DNA of 64,000 nucleotides, from NCBI GenBank assembly GCA_963701295.1, contig OY969585.1, positions 1,856,001 through 1,920,000 of the forward strand, in the 5' to 3' direction. The notes beneath the pieces are model-generated. The model searched no databases, was not told the origin of the DNA, and saw nothing but the letters and a program-made list of their open reading frames with translations. This DNA is from Ignavibacteriota bacterium. Its GTDB lineage: Bacteria; Bacteroidota; Ignavibacteria; UBA10030. Positions within the stretch are counted from its first letter, which is position 1. The number at the start of each line of letters is the position of its first letter. A program made the position numbers and the translations under genes. This document shows positions 19,701 to 30,700 of the stretch, piece after piece.

Positions 19701-20993
19701 GGGATAGTAGAAAACTTTGTGGCTCGGTTTCGTTCAAAAACCGGTGAGATAAAATATGGGATGATATCTGCTTCCATTATTGAACTCGATGGAATCCAGC
19801 ATATACTGGGTATTGTCAGAGATATCACAGAACGCAATCTGATAGAAGAACAACTGCGCCAGATGCAAAAATTAGAAGGGTTAGGAACACTTGCCGGTGG
19901 TATTGCGCATGATTTCAATAATATTCTTGGAATCATACTGGCATACAACACGAGCATTGAAAGGTCCAAAGGTGACGCCAAGAAATTAGACCTTGCTACT
20001 GAAATTATCGCGAAAACGGTACAGCGCGGCAAAACACTCGTTCAGCAGGTATTGACGTTTGCGAGAAAATCGGCGACAGAATTTGGACCAGTGGATGTGA
20101 ATGATATTGTGAAAGATATTTCGGGCATGATTTTTGAAATGTTTCCTAAGAATATTACTCAAGCACTAAACTTCAATAAAAGTATTTCTTTTATTAATGC
20201 AGATCGCTCGCAGTTAAATCAAGCACTATTGAACCTTTGTGTCAATGCGCGAGATGCGATGCCAAGCGGCGGCGTTCTTACTATCAGTACGCACATTATC
20301 TCTGTTGCAAACCTGCGTAATCAGCATCCGGACGCTGCTGCGAGCAGTTATGTCTGTATTGAAGTGAGTGATACGGGGGAAGGGATGACCGAAGAGATAC
20401 GAAAGAGAATCTTTGAGCCGTTCTTCACCACGAAGGGAATAGGAAAAGGAACCGGATTAGGATTATCTGTGGTGTTCGGAGTTGTTCAAACCCATAAAGG
20501 ATTTATTGATGTAGAAAGCGAACTTGGTAAGGGGACGACCTTCCGCTTGTATCTGCCCGTGTCGCAAGCAATAGAGTCAGTCATTGAAAAAGAGGAAGAA
20601 ACGTTGGAAGAGATTCCGGGCGGAACAGAAACGTTGTTGGTGGTGGAGGATGAAGAGACACTGTTGCTGTTTCTCCAGACTGCGCTTGTGGATAAAGGAT
20701 ACAAGGTTCTTTCTGCTAAGGATGGACTAACGGCATTGAGAATCTATCAAGAGAGAAAGAACGATATCTCACTTGTGTTGACCGATCTCGGATTGCCTAG
20801 TATGACCGGCCTTGAGGTCTGTCAGAGGATCAAGAAAATCGATCCGAAGGAACACATGATCCTAGCGACAGGGTTTCTAGATCCGGACATGAAATCGGAA
20901 TTTCTGAAAGCGGGGATACAGCATTTTCTCTATAAACCGTATGATTTCAAGAAAGTTCTGAAAGTTGTACGGGAAGTGTTAGATGCGAAATGA
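16797..20993 (+). CDS. Hybrid sensor histidine kinase (REC-PAS-PAS-GAF-PAS-GAF-PAS-HisKA-HATPase-REC)
   Basis: [15 protein letters not shown], repeated [17 protein letters not shown]-box, [32 protein letters not shown]. Confidence 0.93.
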   Translation: MAQRKKTSIKPKASSPKKLHPQYILLVEDEPAHAAAIRHAIRSANPNVVVKVAGSLQEYRSATATSLPDIVLIDINLPDGKAFDVLTPPPEAGSFPIVVMTSYSDEKKAVKAIKEGALDYVVKSPDAFKEIPRTLERALREWKLIQESKRAEELLRESEKKYKAVIEGAAEGILIADLETKKFKYANPLICSMLGYSPNELVGLSVNDIHPPEHLPEVIAGFESIARGEITLSYRIPCLRKDGTILFAEINTTRIIFEGTLCNVGFFTDITERMRVEEELKESERRFHTLIENSDDVFSLVDPKGQILYRSPSASRILGIPDEEIVNTNMLERIWPSDLKDVKHTFDQMLQAPRKPIAFQTRVKNKDGLPLWIEGVGTNLITDPVVHAVVINYRNITERKRMEEEIKFEKEELQILNNIILKIIEVTDLKSRLEYIMDESLKVVDLEGGTICLLNRDDTFNLAVHRETSEETINDLSLHNIKIGECLCGNCAKECKPLILNTREEVLNFATREVLRGEDIRFHAAFPFVIQGECVGVLCVFTRTDKKPTSHSLNLLKTIVAQTAVSIENADLFDDVRESEVRYRALVESSPDAITQSDLSGKILMCNLQTALLLGYERLEDLIGTSVFDLFPLEELERARVNLQKTLKEGVIRNTEYRLLKKDGSQFQVELSATVIPDAEGKPASFMAMTRDITERRRAEEALRDSEKRLSELNILQGILLQPNPIEQKLKLITENIVRVIGADFARIWMIKPGDRCEAGCIHAQVVDGPHACRFRDRCLHLMSSSGRYTHIDGRDHGRVPFGCYKIGKIAAGEGTRFLTNEVTTDPRVHNHTWAKEMGLVSFADYRLVDIDGTPIGVLALFSKQAISVKEDLFLQGIANVTSHVLQAARTEEALRNSEEKFRKAFMTSPDAVTINRLKDGVYVSINQGFTRIMEYTEEDILKKTSIETNIWVDPSDRNKLVEGLKKDGIVENFVARFRSKTGEIKYGMISASIIELDGIQHILGIVRDITERNLIEEQLRQMQKLEGLGTLAGGIAHDFNNILGIILAYNTSIERSKGDAKKLDLATEIIAKTVQRGKTLVQQVLTFARKSATEFGPVDVNDIVKDISGMIFEMFPKNITQALNFNKSISFINADRSQLNQALLNLCVNARDAMPSGGVLTISTHIISVANLRNQHPDAAASSYVCIEVSDTGEGMTEEIRKRIFEPFFTTKGIGKGTGLGLSVVFGVVQTHKGFIDVESELGKGTTFRLYLPVSQAIESVIEKEEETLEEIPGGTETLLVVEDEETLLLFLQTALVDKGYKVLSAKDGLTALRIYQERKNDISLVLTDLGLPSMTGLEVCQRIKKIDPKEHMILATGFLDPDMKSEFLKAGIQHFLYKPYDFKKVLKVVREVLDAK

Positions 20994-21001
20994 ACATTGT
21001 A

Positions 21002-21087
21002 ACTTTCGGAAGGTCTCAGAGTTTGAGCTGCTAAAGAGGAACACGTGATGCGTCTGACATTTTCAGGCTTCCAGCTCTTCCGAAAGT
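21002..21087. repeat. REP-like palindromic element, copy 1
   Basis: ACTTTCGGAAG ... CTTCCGAAAGT inverted repeat; left part GTAACTTTCGGAAGGTCTCAGAG nearly identical to the 27677 copy. Confidence 0.7.
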
Positions 21088-21258
21088 GTCCGTGATCGTT
21101 AAGGATCATTGAGATGGGATGAAAGCAATGTGTAACTTGTATTTGAGTGTTAGGAATCCCGGTTTACCTGCTTGCTGCTAAGTGCGTCAGGTATAATAAC
21201 GGATACGAGAAAGTCTATTCAATATATATATTTTTGACAGTGAAGGGGAATTGTAACC

Positions 21259-24200
21259 ATGGAAAAAAAAGCATTTACAATCCTGAATGTGGATGATAGC
21301 AAGGAATATTTGAGTACTCATTCCCACATTCTAAAAAAAGAAGGGTATGATGTTTTAGAAGCAGTAAACGGGAATGACTGTATGGTGATGGTCGAGGAGT
21401 GTAAGCCGGATATGATCCTGCTCAATGTCGTTCTCCCCGACACGAATGGTGTTGAAATATGCCGACAGATTAAAAACGATCCGGCTACCAAACATATTCT
21501 TGTTCTATTAATATCTGCCTTAGAGATTGAAAACAGTGCTCAAGTCCTTGGGCTCGATTCCGGTGCCGATGGATATCTATTGAAGCCAATATCGAAACAA
21601 GCGCTGCTCGCACATGTACGTGTGATGGAAAGAATAAAACGAAATGAAGATGAGCTACGTGAAGTGGCAACGATGCTTGAAAAACGAGTGAAGGAACGAA
21701 CGGAAAAACTAAGGAACATCAACAAGAAATTACAGAATGAGATTTCTGAACGCAGACAGATAGAACAAGCGTTAAGAGAAAGCGAAGAAAAGTACCGTCT
21801 CATTGCGGAGAAAACCACCGATGTGATTTGGCTGATGAATTTGAAAGGGGAAAGCATTTATGTATCGCCGTCGGTAGAAAAATTTACGGGCTATACCGTT
21901 CAGGAATATCTGAAACAATCATTCGACGATCGTCTCACGCACGAATCCGCCCAAATCGCAAAAGAAAGATTATCTAGGGAACTTGCTTATGTAGGAAAGA
22001 AATATGATGAACTCAAAGATTACATTCTGAAGATAGAATTGGAATACAAGTGCAAGGATGGAACGACCAAATGGGGTGAACTTCTCATCACTCCCTATTT
22101 TGATAATCAGGAAAAACTTAGTGGCATTCATGGTGTAACACGCAATATCACCGAGCGCAAGCGAATCGAAGAAGCCCTGAAAGAAAATGAGCGCCAGCTT
22201 TCCAGCATATACGATACTGTCGGGGATGTAATTTTTCATTTGACAGTTGAGGCTGACGGGATGTATCGTTTTAATTCAGTCAACCATGCTTTCTGCCAAG
22301 TTACAGGATTGAAAGAGGAAATGGTAGTCGGGAAATTGGTTAACGAAGTTATCCCAGAGCCTTCTCTTACCATGGTGCTTGAAAAATACAGGCAGGCAAT
22401 TAAAGAGAATTCTATTGTCCGATGGGAAGAGATTTCTGAGTACCCAAATGGACGATTAGTCGGTGATGTAAGTATTGCCCCTGTTATTGATGATAAAGGA
22501 CGCTGCACGTATCTTGTCGGTTCTGTCCATGACATCACCGAGCGCAAATATGCAGAAAATGCTCTACGCGAATCGGAAATCAAATATCGTGATATGGTGG
22601 AGCAAATCAACGACGTGATTTTTTCGACAGATACGAATGGGGTCTTTACCTATATCAGTCCGACGGTAGAAATATTAGGCGGATATAAACCCGAAGAGAT
22701 GATAGGTCATTTCATGGGTGAATTTCTTGATCCATTGTTTATACCTAAGATCAAAGAACAATTTCGTAAAGTTATGACCGGAAATCTAGAGCCGACTGAA
22801 TATCGTGTGAAAACAAAATTAGGTGAATATCGATGGGTACGGAGCTCGAGTAGACCGATTCTAAAAGAGAACAAAACAGTTGGAATGCGTGGCGTACTTA
22901 CAGAAGTTTCCGAGCGCAAACAGGCGGAAGTGCTGCTCAAGCAAAGCGAAGCACAGTACCGTTTACTGGCCGACCATATGAAAGACACGATATGGCTGAT
23001 GGACATGAATCTAAAAACGACATACATTAGCCCATCTGTTGAAAAATTGCGGGGATATTCACTAGAAGAACTCCAGCACTTGCCTCTGAATCAGCAGTTC
23101 ACACCCGCCTCATTCCAATTGGCAATGGATGCCTTTTCGGAGGAGATACCTAAAGTGATGGCTGACCCGGCCTATTATATTTCGCGTAATTTAGAACTTG
23201 AATTCTACCGTAAAGACGGTACAACATATTGGTCGGAAAACAGGTTTAGCCTCATCCGCGATGAGAACGGAATCCCTATATCCATCATGGGTGAAGGCAG
23301 AAACATTACCGAGCGCAAGCGGGTGGAGGAAGCGCTCCGGGAAAGTGAATTGCGTTTTCGTTCACTGTACGAGAATACCACAATCGGTCTTTATAGAACG
23401 ACCCCTGATGGAAAAGTGTTATTGGCAAATCCGGCATTACTCCGAATGCTCGGCTACACATCTTTTCAAGACCTTGCTGAACGAAACCTTGAACAAAACA
23501 ATTTTGAACCGTCGTATCAACGCAAGGAATTTCTTGAAAAGATCGAGAGAGATGGCGAGGTGAACGGCTTTGAATCAAAATGGATTCTTCAGGATGGCAC
23601 ATCCATCTTTGTGCTGGAAAGTGCTCGAGCGATCCGCGATGCTCAAGGCAAAACTTTGTATTACGATGGAACCGTGGAAGACATCACAAAGCGGAAACTG
23701 TTAGAAGAACAAATGAAACAAATGCAAAAGTTGGAAGGATTAGGCACGCTTGCCGGAGGGATCGCGCATGATTTCAATAATATTCTTGGGATTATACTGG
23801 CATATATCACAAGCATTGAAAAGTCCAAAGGTGATGCCAAGAAATTAGGCCTTGCTACTGAGACGATCACGAAAGCAGTACAGCGCGGCAAAACACTTGT
23901 TCAGCAGATATTGACCTTTGCGAGAAAAACGGAAACTGCATTCGGGGCAGTAGATGTAAATGATGTTGTCATGGAAATTATGGCCATGATTTATGAAACA
24001 TTTCCCAAAGTTCTTACCTATGAAAAACATATTGATAAAGAGATACGATTCATTAGCGCAGATCGTTCGCAGTTGTATCAAGCGCTGTTGAATCTTTGCG
24101 TGAACGCACGCGATGCAATGCCGAAAGGCGGCGTCCTCACCATCAATACACGCATGGTATCTGTCGCAGACTTGCGCCATCAGCATCCAGACGCCGATGC

Positions 24201-24852
24201 AAGCAGGTATGTCTGTATGGAAGTGAGTGATACCGGCGAAGGAATGACTCAGGAGATCAGAAGCAGAATCTTCGACCCATTTTTTACAACGAAAGAACAA
24301 GGAAAAGGAACCGGATTGGGATTAGCCGTGGTATTCGGAGTTGTTCAAACTCATAAGGGGTATATCGACGTGGAAAGCGAGCTTGGCAAGGGCACGACCT
24401 TCCGCTTGTACCTGCCTGCGTCGCAAATCGTAGGGTCGATTAGTGAAAAAGATGAAGAAACGCTGGAAGAAATTTCGGGCGGAACAGAGACGCTGCTGGT
24501 AGTAGAGGATGAAGAAATGCTTATGATGTCTCTTCAGATGGCACTTGGTGAAAAGGGATACAAAGTTATATCCGCAGGAGATGGACAGACAGCATTGAAA
24601 ATCTATGAAGAGAAAAAAAATAATATCGCTCTTGTGCTTACAGATCTTGGATTGCCTACTATGACCGGAATGGAGGTCTGTCAGCGGATTAAAAAAATCA
24701 ATCTGAATGCGCACATCATCGTAGCGACAGGGTATCTTGATCCGGACATGAAATCTGAGTTGCTGAAAGCGGGAATACAGCATTTTCTCTACAAACCGTA
24801 TGATCTCAAAAAAGTTCTAAAAGTGGTAAGGGAAGTGTTGGATCAAAAGTGA
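21259..24852 (+). CDS. Hybrid sensor histidine kinase (atypical REC-5xPAS-HisKA-HATPase-REC)
   Basis: N-terminal receiver fold, five PAS units ending in (N/D)IT(E/K)RK or [21 protein letters not shown]-terminal receiver. Confidence 0.93.
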   Translation: MEKKAFTILNVDDSKEYLSTHSHILKKEGYDVLEAVNGNDCMVMVEECKPDMILLNVVLPDTNGVEICRQIKNDPATKHILVLLISALEIENSAQVLGLDSGADGYLLKPISKQALLAHVRVMERIKRNEDELREVATMLEKRVKERTEKLRNINKKLQNEISERRQIEQALRESEEKYRLIAEKTTDVIWLMNLKGESIYVSPSVEKFTGYTVQEYLKQSFDDRLTHESAQIAKERLSRELAYVGKKYDELKDYILKIELEYKCKDGTTKWGELLITPYFDNQEKLSGIHGVTRNITERKRIEEALKENERQLSSIYDTVGDVIFHLTVEADGMYRFNSVNHAFCQVTGLKEEMVVGKLVNEVIPEPSLTMVLEKYRQAIKENSIVRWEEISEYPNGRLVGDVSIAPVIDDKGRCTYLVGSVHDITERKYAENALRESEIKYRDMVEQINDVIFSTDTNGVFTYISPTVEILGGYKPEEMIGHFMGEFLDPLFIPKIKEQFRKVMTGNLEPTEYRVKTKLGEYRWVRSSSRPILKENKTVGMRGVLTEVSERKQAEVLLKQSEAQYRLLADHMKDTIWLMDMNLKTTYISPSVEKLRGYSLEELQHLPLNQQFTPASFQLAMDAFSEEIPKVMADPAYYISRNLELEFYRKDGTTYWSENRFSLIRDENGIPISIMGEGRNITERKRVEEALRESELRFRSLYENTTIGLYRTTPDGKVLLANPALLRMLGYTSFQDLAERNLEQNNFEPSYQRKEFLEKIERDGEVNGFESKWILQDGTSIFVLESARAIRDAQGKTLYYDGTVEDITKRKLLEEQMKQMQKLEGLGTLAGGIAHDFNNILGIILAYITSIEKSKGDAKKLGLATETITKAVQRGKTLVQQILTFARKTETAFGAVDVNDVVMEIMAMIYETFPKVLTYEKHIDKEIRFISADRSQLYQALLNLCVNARDAMPKGGVLTINTRMVSVADLRHQHPDADASRYVCMEVSDTGEGMTQEIRSRIFDPFFTTKEQGKGTGLGLAVVFGVVQTHKGYIDVESELGKGTTFRLYLPASQIVGSISEKDEETLEEISGGTETLLVVEDEEMLMMSLQMALGEKGYKVISAGDGQTALKIYEEKKNNIALVLTDLGLPTMTGMEVCQRIKKINLNAHIIVATGYLDPDMKSELLKAGIQHFLYKPYDLKKVLKVVREVLDQK

Positions 24853-25021
24853 ATTGTGGAACCTTCTCTCATTTTAAACTTGTTATAAATTCGAACGTAC
24901 CGCTGTATGGCATGCTATCAATCAATACAACATATGTGGTTGAGCTGGAAGCCTGAAAATATTCCATGCGTAGCGTGTTGTATTCAACCGAAGGTGACTG
25001 AGTTCGAAGAGGAGTCTCTGT

Positions 25022-27655
25022 ATGGAAAATTCTAAACATATCGAACGTCGGACAGGATATTTTTTTCTGCTCATCTTTGTTCTCCTTGCAGCAGGTATTT
25101 TCACAGGTGCCTACTTTGCTTACCATAACTATGAGAAAAACTACCGCGCTGAGATAGAAAACCAGCTTTCTGCTGTAGCAGGTTTGAAAGTCAACCAATT
25201 AGTTCAGTGGCGAAAAGAACGGCTGGAAGATGGACAAGTCTTTTACAAGAACGATGTATTTTCCGCAATGGTGAAACGGTACATCCAAAACAAGAATGAC
25301 CGCGATGCGAAGACAGGAATTCTAACGTGGGTAGGGCAAGTGCAGAGAGCTTATAACTACGATCTCATGATGCTGCTAGACGCACACTTGAATACGATAG
25401 TAGTGTTCCCGGAGAATAAGGAACGGGCGCGTTTAGTCATCGACCAAAGAAATACTGAAATGCTGACGTCAGGAAATATTGCTTTTCAGGATTTTTACCG
25501 GAACGATCAAGATCAACACATCTATCTAAAAATTCTTGTCCCGATTCTGGAAAATCGTTTCCCAAAACGATTGATTGCTGTGCTCGCGTTACGGATCAGT
25601 CCTGAGGAGTACCTTTATCCACTCATAAAAAAATGGCCCACACCGACTCGGACATCCGAAACGTTAATCATCCGCAGGGATGGAAACGATGCGTTGTTCT
25701 TGAATGATCTTAAATTCCACAAGGATGCTGCATTGAATCTGCGGATTCCGTTGGAAAGTAAAGATGTTCCAGCTGTGAGAGCAGCGCTAGGTCAGACAGG
25801 AATCGTCGAAGGTATAGACTATCGCGGAGTGCCGGTAATTGCCGATGTGCGCGCAGTTCCTGATTCACCTTGGTTCCTGGTCGCGCGTATGGATATGGAG
25901 GAGGTGTACGCACCTCTGAAAGAAAGATTGTGGTTGATGATCATTCTTGTTGGTGCTTTACTTGGTGGCGCGGGCGCCAGCGTGGGATTTGTATGGCGCC
26001 AGCAGCGCAGCCGTTTCTACCAGGAGCAATATGAATCAGTGGAAGCGCTTCGGAATTCAGAAACTCGTTATCGTCGGCTCTTCGAGGCAGCGAGAGACGG
26101 CATTCTCATCCTCGATGCCGAAACAGGGATGATCACAGATGTAAATCCGTTTTTGATTGAAATGCTGGGTTACACGCATGAACAGTTTCTTGGAAAGAAG
26201 CTGTGGGAATTGGGATTCCTCAAAGATATTATAACTAATGAGGAGAAATTTTTGGATTTGCGGCAGAAAGAGTACGTACGGTATGACGACTTACCATTAG
26301 AAACCTCAGACAGACGAAGAATCGACGTGGAGTTTGTCAGCAATGTTTATCTTGTCGACCATCACAAAGTCATCCAATGCAATATACGAGATATCACCGA
26401 ACGCAAGCGGGCAGAAGACGCGCTGGTGCAAGAGAAAGCTTTCTCGGACAAATTGCTTAATGCGCCGCAAGACACTGTCTTTTTATTTGAACCTGCCACG
26501 GGCAAACCTATCAGATGGAACAAACGCTTTGCGGAGGTGAGCGGTTATAATGATGAAGAGATAATTGGTATGAAAGCTCCTGACGATTTCTACAGCGAAG
26601 AAGACCTTAAGAAAGCTAAGGAGAGTATGGTCAAAATAATTGCTGAAGGGCATGGCGTTGTTGAGATGTCTCTTATTACGAAACAGGGAGCGCATATTCC
26701 GTTCGAGTATGTTGCAACCGTCGTCGAGACAGTAGATGGAAAAAAAATATTTCTATCTATCGGCAGAGATATCACTGAACGCAAGCTAGCGGGAGCATAT
26801 GGAGAATTGGGCAGAGAAATCCTACAGATACTCAACGAGCCGGGAGATATACAGGATTCTCTACAGCGCGTCCTCGCCGCATTGAAGACAAGGACTGGGT
26901 TCGATGCCGTGGGCATTCGCCTGCAGGACGGGGAGGACTTTCCGTATTTCACCCAGGAAGGTTTTTCCAAGGATTTTTTGTTGACTGAAAATACGTTGAT
27001 CGAGCGTGGTCCTGATGGTGGAGTGTGCCGGGATAAAAACGGCAACGTCAATCTTGAATGTACCTGCGGGTTGGTTATTTCCGGCAAGACCGACCCGGCC
27101 AATCCACTTTTTACACCGGGGGGAAGCTGCTGGATCAACGACTCATTCCCACTTCTGGATATCCCGCCTGGTGAAGATCCCCGGTATCATCCACGCAACC
27201 GTTGTATTCATAAAGGCTATGCCTCTGTTGCGCTAGTACCCATTCGGAACAAGGAAAGGATTGTAGGTTTGATTCAGTTCAACGACCGGCGCAAAGGACG
27301 TTTCACTCTCAACACAATTGCACTCCTGGAAGGAATCGCATCGCATATCGGAGTAGCTCTGATGCGTAAGCAAGCGGAAAAAGAACTGCAGGAATCCATG
27401 AAGGAACGAGAGAATTTAATTCGAGAACTTCAGTATGCTTTGGAGAACATTAAAACTCTGCAAGGACTTATTCCCATTTGTTCAAATTGTAAGAAAATTA
27501 GAGACGATAAAGGATACTGGAATCAAGTAGAAGGCTATATCAGTAAACATACTGATGCAAAATTTACGCATGGGATATGTCCAGATTGTTCAAAGGAACT
27601 CTATGGGGATCTCTATGAGAAAGCGGTTGAAAAGCAAAACAAGAAAAACATGTGA
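25022..27655 (+). CDS. Membrane sensor: TM-Cache-like-TM-PAS-PAS-GAF + C-terminal CxxC..HGICxxC module; no kinase domain
   Basis: Two TM segments, GIDYRGVPV..PWFLVA Cache-like end, DITERK twice, Cys-rich GAF, LIPICSNCKKIRDDKGYW..FTHGICPDC. Confidence 0.85.
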   Translation: MENSKHIERRTGYFFLLIFVLLAAGIFTGAYFAYHNYEKNYRAEIENQLSAVAGLKVNQLVQWRKERLEDGQVFYKNDVFSAMVKRYIQNKNDRDAKTGILTWVGQVQRAYNYDLMMLLDAHLNTIVVFPENKERARLVIDQRNTEMLTSGNIAFQDFYRNDQDQHIYLKILVPILENRFPKRLIAVLALRISPEEYLYPLIKKWPTPTRTSETLIIRRDGNDALFLNDLKFHKDAALNLRIPLESKDVPAVRAALGQTGIVEGIDYRGVPVIADVRAVPDSPWFLVARMDMEEVYAPLKERLWLMIILVGALLGGAGASVGFVWRQQRSRFYQEQYESVEALRNSETRYRRLFEAARDGILILDAETGMITDVNPFLIEMLGYTHEQFLGKKLWELGFLKDIITNEEKFLDLRQKEYVRYDDLPLETSDRRRIDVEFVSNVYLVDHHKVIQCNIRDITERKRAEDALVQEKAFSDKLLNAPQDTVFLFEPATGKPIRWNKRFAEVSGYNDEEIIGMKAPDDFYSEEDLKKAKESMVKIIAEGHGVVEMSLITKQGAHIPFEYVATVVETVDGKKIFLSIGRDITERKLAGAYGELGREILQILNEPGDIQDSLQRVLAALKTRTGFDAVGIRLQDGEDFPYFTQEGFSKDFLLTENTLIERGPDGGVCRDKNGNVNLECTCGLVISGKTDPANPLFTPGGSCWINDSFPLLDIPPGEDPRYHPRNRCIHKGYASVALVPIRNKERIVGLIQFNDRRKGRFTLNTIALLEGIASHIGVALMRKQAEKELQESMKERENLIRELQYALENIKTLQGLIPICSNCKKIRDDKGYWNQVEGYISKHTDAKFTHGICPDCSKELYGDLYEKAVEKQNKKNM

Positions 27656-27676
27656 CCTTCGGTAGGATATCGAGTA

Positions 27677-27722
27677 ACCTTCGGAAGGTCTCAGAGGTTA
27701 AGCAGAGATACCTTCCGAAGGT
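27677..27722. repeat. REP-like palindromic element, copy 2
   Basis: Perfect 13-bp inverted repeat ACCTTCGGAAGGT / ACCTTCCGAAGGT; extra half-site ACCTTCGGTAGG at 27655. Confidence 0.75.
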
Positions 27723-27740
27723 GCCTTAAGGAGTACTAAA

Positions 27741-30700
27741 ATGGCACAACATAAGAAAGAAACAATAAAGCCGAAAACTTCCTCACCTGAAAAATCACAT
27801 TCGCCATATATTCTTCTCGTTGAAGATGAACCGACCCATGTTGCAATTATGCGCCATACTATTCAATCCGCTAACCCGAATGCTATGGTGAAGGTTGCGG
27901 GTTCCTTGCAGGAGTATCGCAGCGCCATTTCGAAATCTTTGCCGGAAATAGCTTTGATCGATATGTATCTTCCGGATGGAAAAGCTCTCGAGGTGCTGAC
28001 ATCTCCGCTGGAAGCCGGGTCGTTCCCGATTGTAGTGATGACAAGTTCCGGCGATGAGAAAATTGCTGTCAAGGCGATGAAAGCAGGGGCGCTCGATTAT
28101 GTAGTGAAATCTCCCGATGCTTTTAAAGAAATACACCGCACCTTAGAGCGTACTCTGCGCGAGTGGAAACTGATCCATGAGCGTAAAAGGGCTGAAGAAT
28201 TACTACAGGAAACAGAGAAAAAGTACAAGACAATTATTGAAGGTGCTGCAGAGGGTATTTTGATAGCTGATCTGGAAACCAGAAAATTCAAATACGCAAA
28301 TCCTGTAATTTGTTCAATGCTCGGTTACAGCGCTGACGAGCTTCTCGGATTATCCGTAAATGACATTCACCCGCCAGAGCATCTGCCGGAAGTAATCACT
28401 GTATTCGAATCACAGGCTCGTGGTGAAATTATGCTTTCGCCCCCAATCCAATGTTTGCGTAAAGATGGGTCTGTATTTTTTGTAGAAATAAATACAGCGA
28501 ATGTAATTATTGATGGAAAACCATGTAACGTAGGATTTTTTACAGATATCACTGAGCGTAAGCGGGCGGAACAACAGATTGCCGATGCACTATATTACAT
28601 CGAAACTGTATTCGAAGCTTCACCAGTTGGCATCATCACGTACAAAGAGAGCGGTGAAGTGATCTCTGCGAACCGTGCAGCCGCGATAATTGTAGGCACA
28701 ACAATTGAACAACTGCATAAGCAAAACTTCAAGGAACTCAAGTCATGGGAGCGATCCGGTCTCCGGGAAGCTGCGAATGCCGCGCTCGCCTCAAGCGATG
28801 AAAGGCGCATCGAAGTTCATGACGTTAGCACATTCGGCAAGGAAGCTGTGTTTGCCGCGCGTTTTGTGCCATTCATGCACCAGGGTCGAAAAGAACTATT
28901 GGCTCTATTCTCAGACATCACCGAGCGCAAACGGGCAGAAGAGGCACTGTGGGAAAGTGAAAATCGTTTTCGATTGATTACAGAACAGTCCCTAATGGCT
29001 GTTGGGATCATACAGGATGGTGTATACAAATATTTCAATAAAGCTTATGAGGAGATAAGCGGATACTCTGCAGATGAGATAAAGAAATGGAAACCTTTTG
29101 AGTTCACTAAGACCGTTCATCCCGATGACCTGAACTTTGTTACAGACGAAATCAAAAAGAAGCAGATCGGCCATCCTGATGTTGTACCTTGCTACTCTTT
29201 CAGGGGGATACATAAGAGTGGCGATATCAGATGGATAGATTTGTATTCTAAGACAGTGATATATGAAAACAGGTCGGCCGATCTGGTTACATTCACTGAC
29301 ATCACCGAGCGCAAGCGGGCGGAGGAAGTATTAGAATCTCAACATGCATTGCTTACTGCTATGATTAATAGCGCAAGCGATATTTTTATTTTCTCCTTGG
29401 ATAAAAATTACAGCTATACCACATTTAATGAAAAGCATCGTAAAGAAATGAAACGAGTTTGGAATGCTGACATTAAAATTGGAATGAATCTGCTTGATTG
29501 CATGCAGATGCCGGAACTACGAGAACTGGTAAAACAAAGCATAGATCGTGCGTTAAAGGGAGAAGCTTTTTCGGAAATACAACACCAACCTAATCTGAAT
29601 ATTTATTACGAGTTCAGTTGGAATCCGATCCATCAAAAAGAAGAAATTGTCGGAGTTACAGTTTTCATAAGAGATATCACCGAGCGCAAACTCGCCGAAG
29701 AGGTGATCAAGCAGACAGAAGAGAATTTCCGCCGTTCTTTGGAGGACTCTCCTTTGGGAGTTCGCATCGTTACCGCTCAAGGTGATACAGTTTATGCCAA
29801 CCGGGCGATTCTGGATATCTATGGTTACGACAATCTTGAGGAACTGAAAAGAACCCCCGTAAAGGATCGCTATACTCCAGAGAGTTATGCCGAGTTCGAA
29901 ATAAGAGAGGAGAAAAGAAAACAGGGCGAGTTTGGTCCGTCTGAATATGAAATAAGCATCGTGAGGAAAAATGGCGAAGTTCGCTATGTTCAGGTTTTCC
30001 GCAAAGAAGTCTTTTGGAATGGCGCAAAACAGTTTCAGGTCATTTACCAGGACATCACCGAGCGCAAGCGGGTGGAGGAAGCACTCAGCCAAAGCCTGGA
30101 ACGCTACCGATTGTTACACGATTATGCACCGGTTGGAATTCTATTAGTGAATCGATCAGGACAAATCCTTGAGACGAATCCCGCGGCGCTTCAAATTCTT
30201 GGATCACCCTCTGCTGAGGCGACAAAGGGAATAAACCTTTTGACATTTCCACGTCTCATCGAGGCCGGGATTTCAACTGCCTTCCAGCATTGTATTGAAA
30301 CAGGTCGGACTGTCTTTGGCGAGTATCCATATACAACCAATTGGGGAAAATCAATTCGTATACGTTTGCAATTTGTCCCTATTTTTGATGATCATGGTCA
30401 GGTGGTTCTGGTGCATAATATCTTTGAGGATATTACCGAGCGTAAGATATTAGAAGAACAACTGCGCCAAATGCAGAAGTTAGAAGGATTAGGTACGCTC
30501 GCTGGAGGGATCGCGCATGACTTTAATAATATTCTTGGAATTATTTTGGCATATAATTCAAGTGTCGAAAGGTCTAAAGGTGATGCCAAGAAATTAGGCC
30601 TTGCTACTGAGACAATCACGAAAGCAGTACAGCGCGGCAAAACACTTGTTCAACAAATATTAACGTTTGCGAGAAAAACGGATACAGCATTTGGTCCGGT

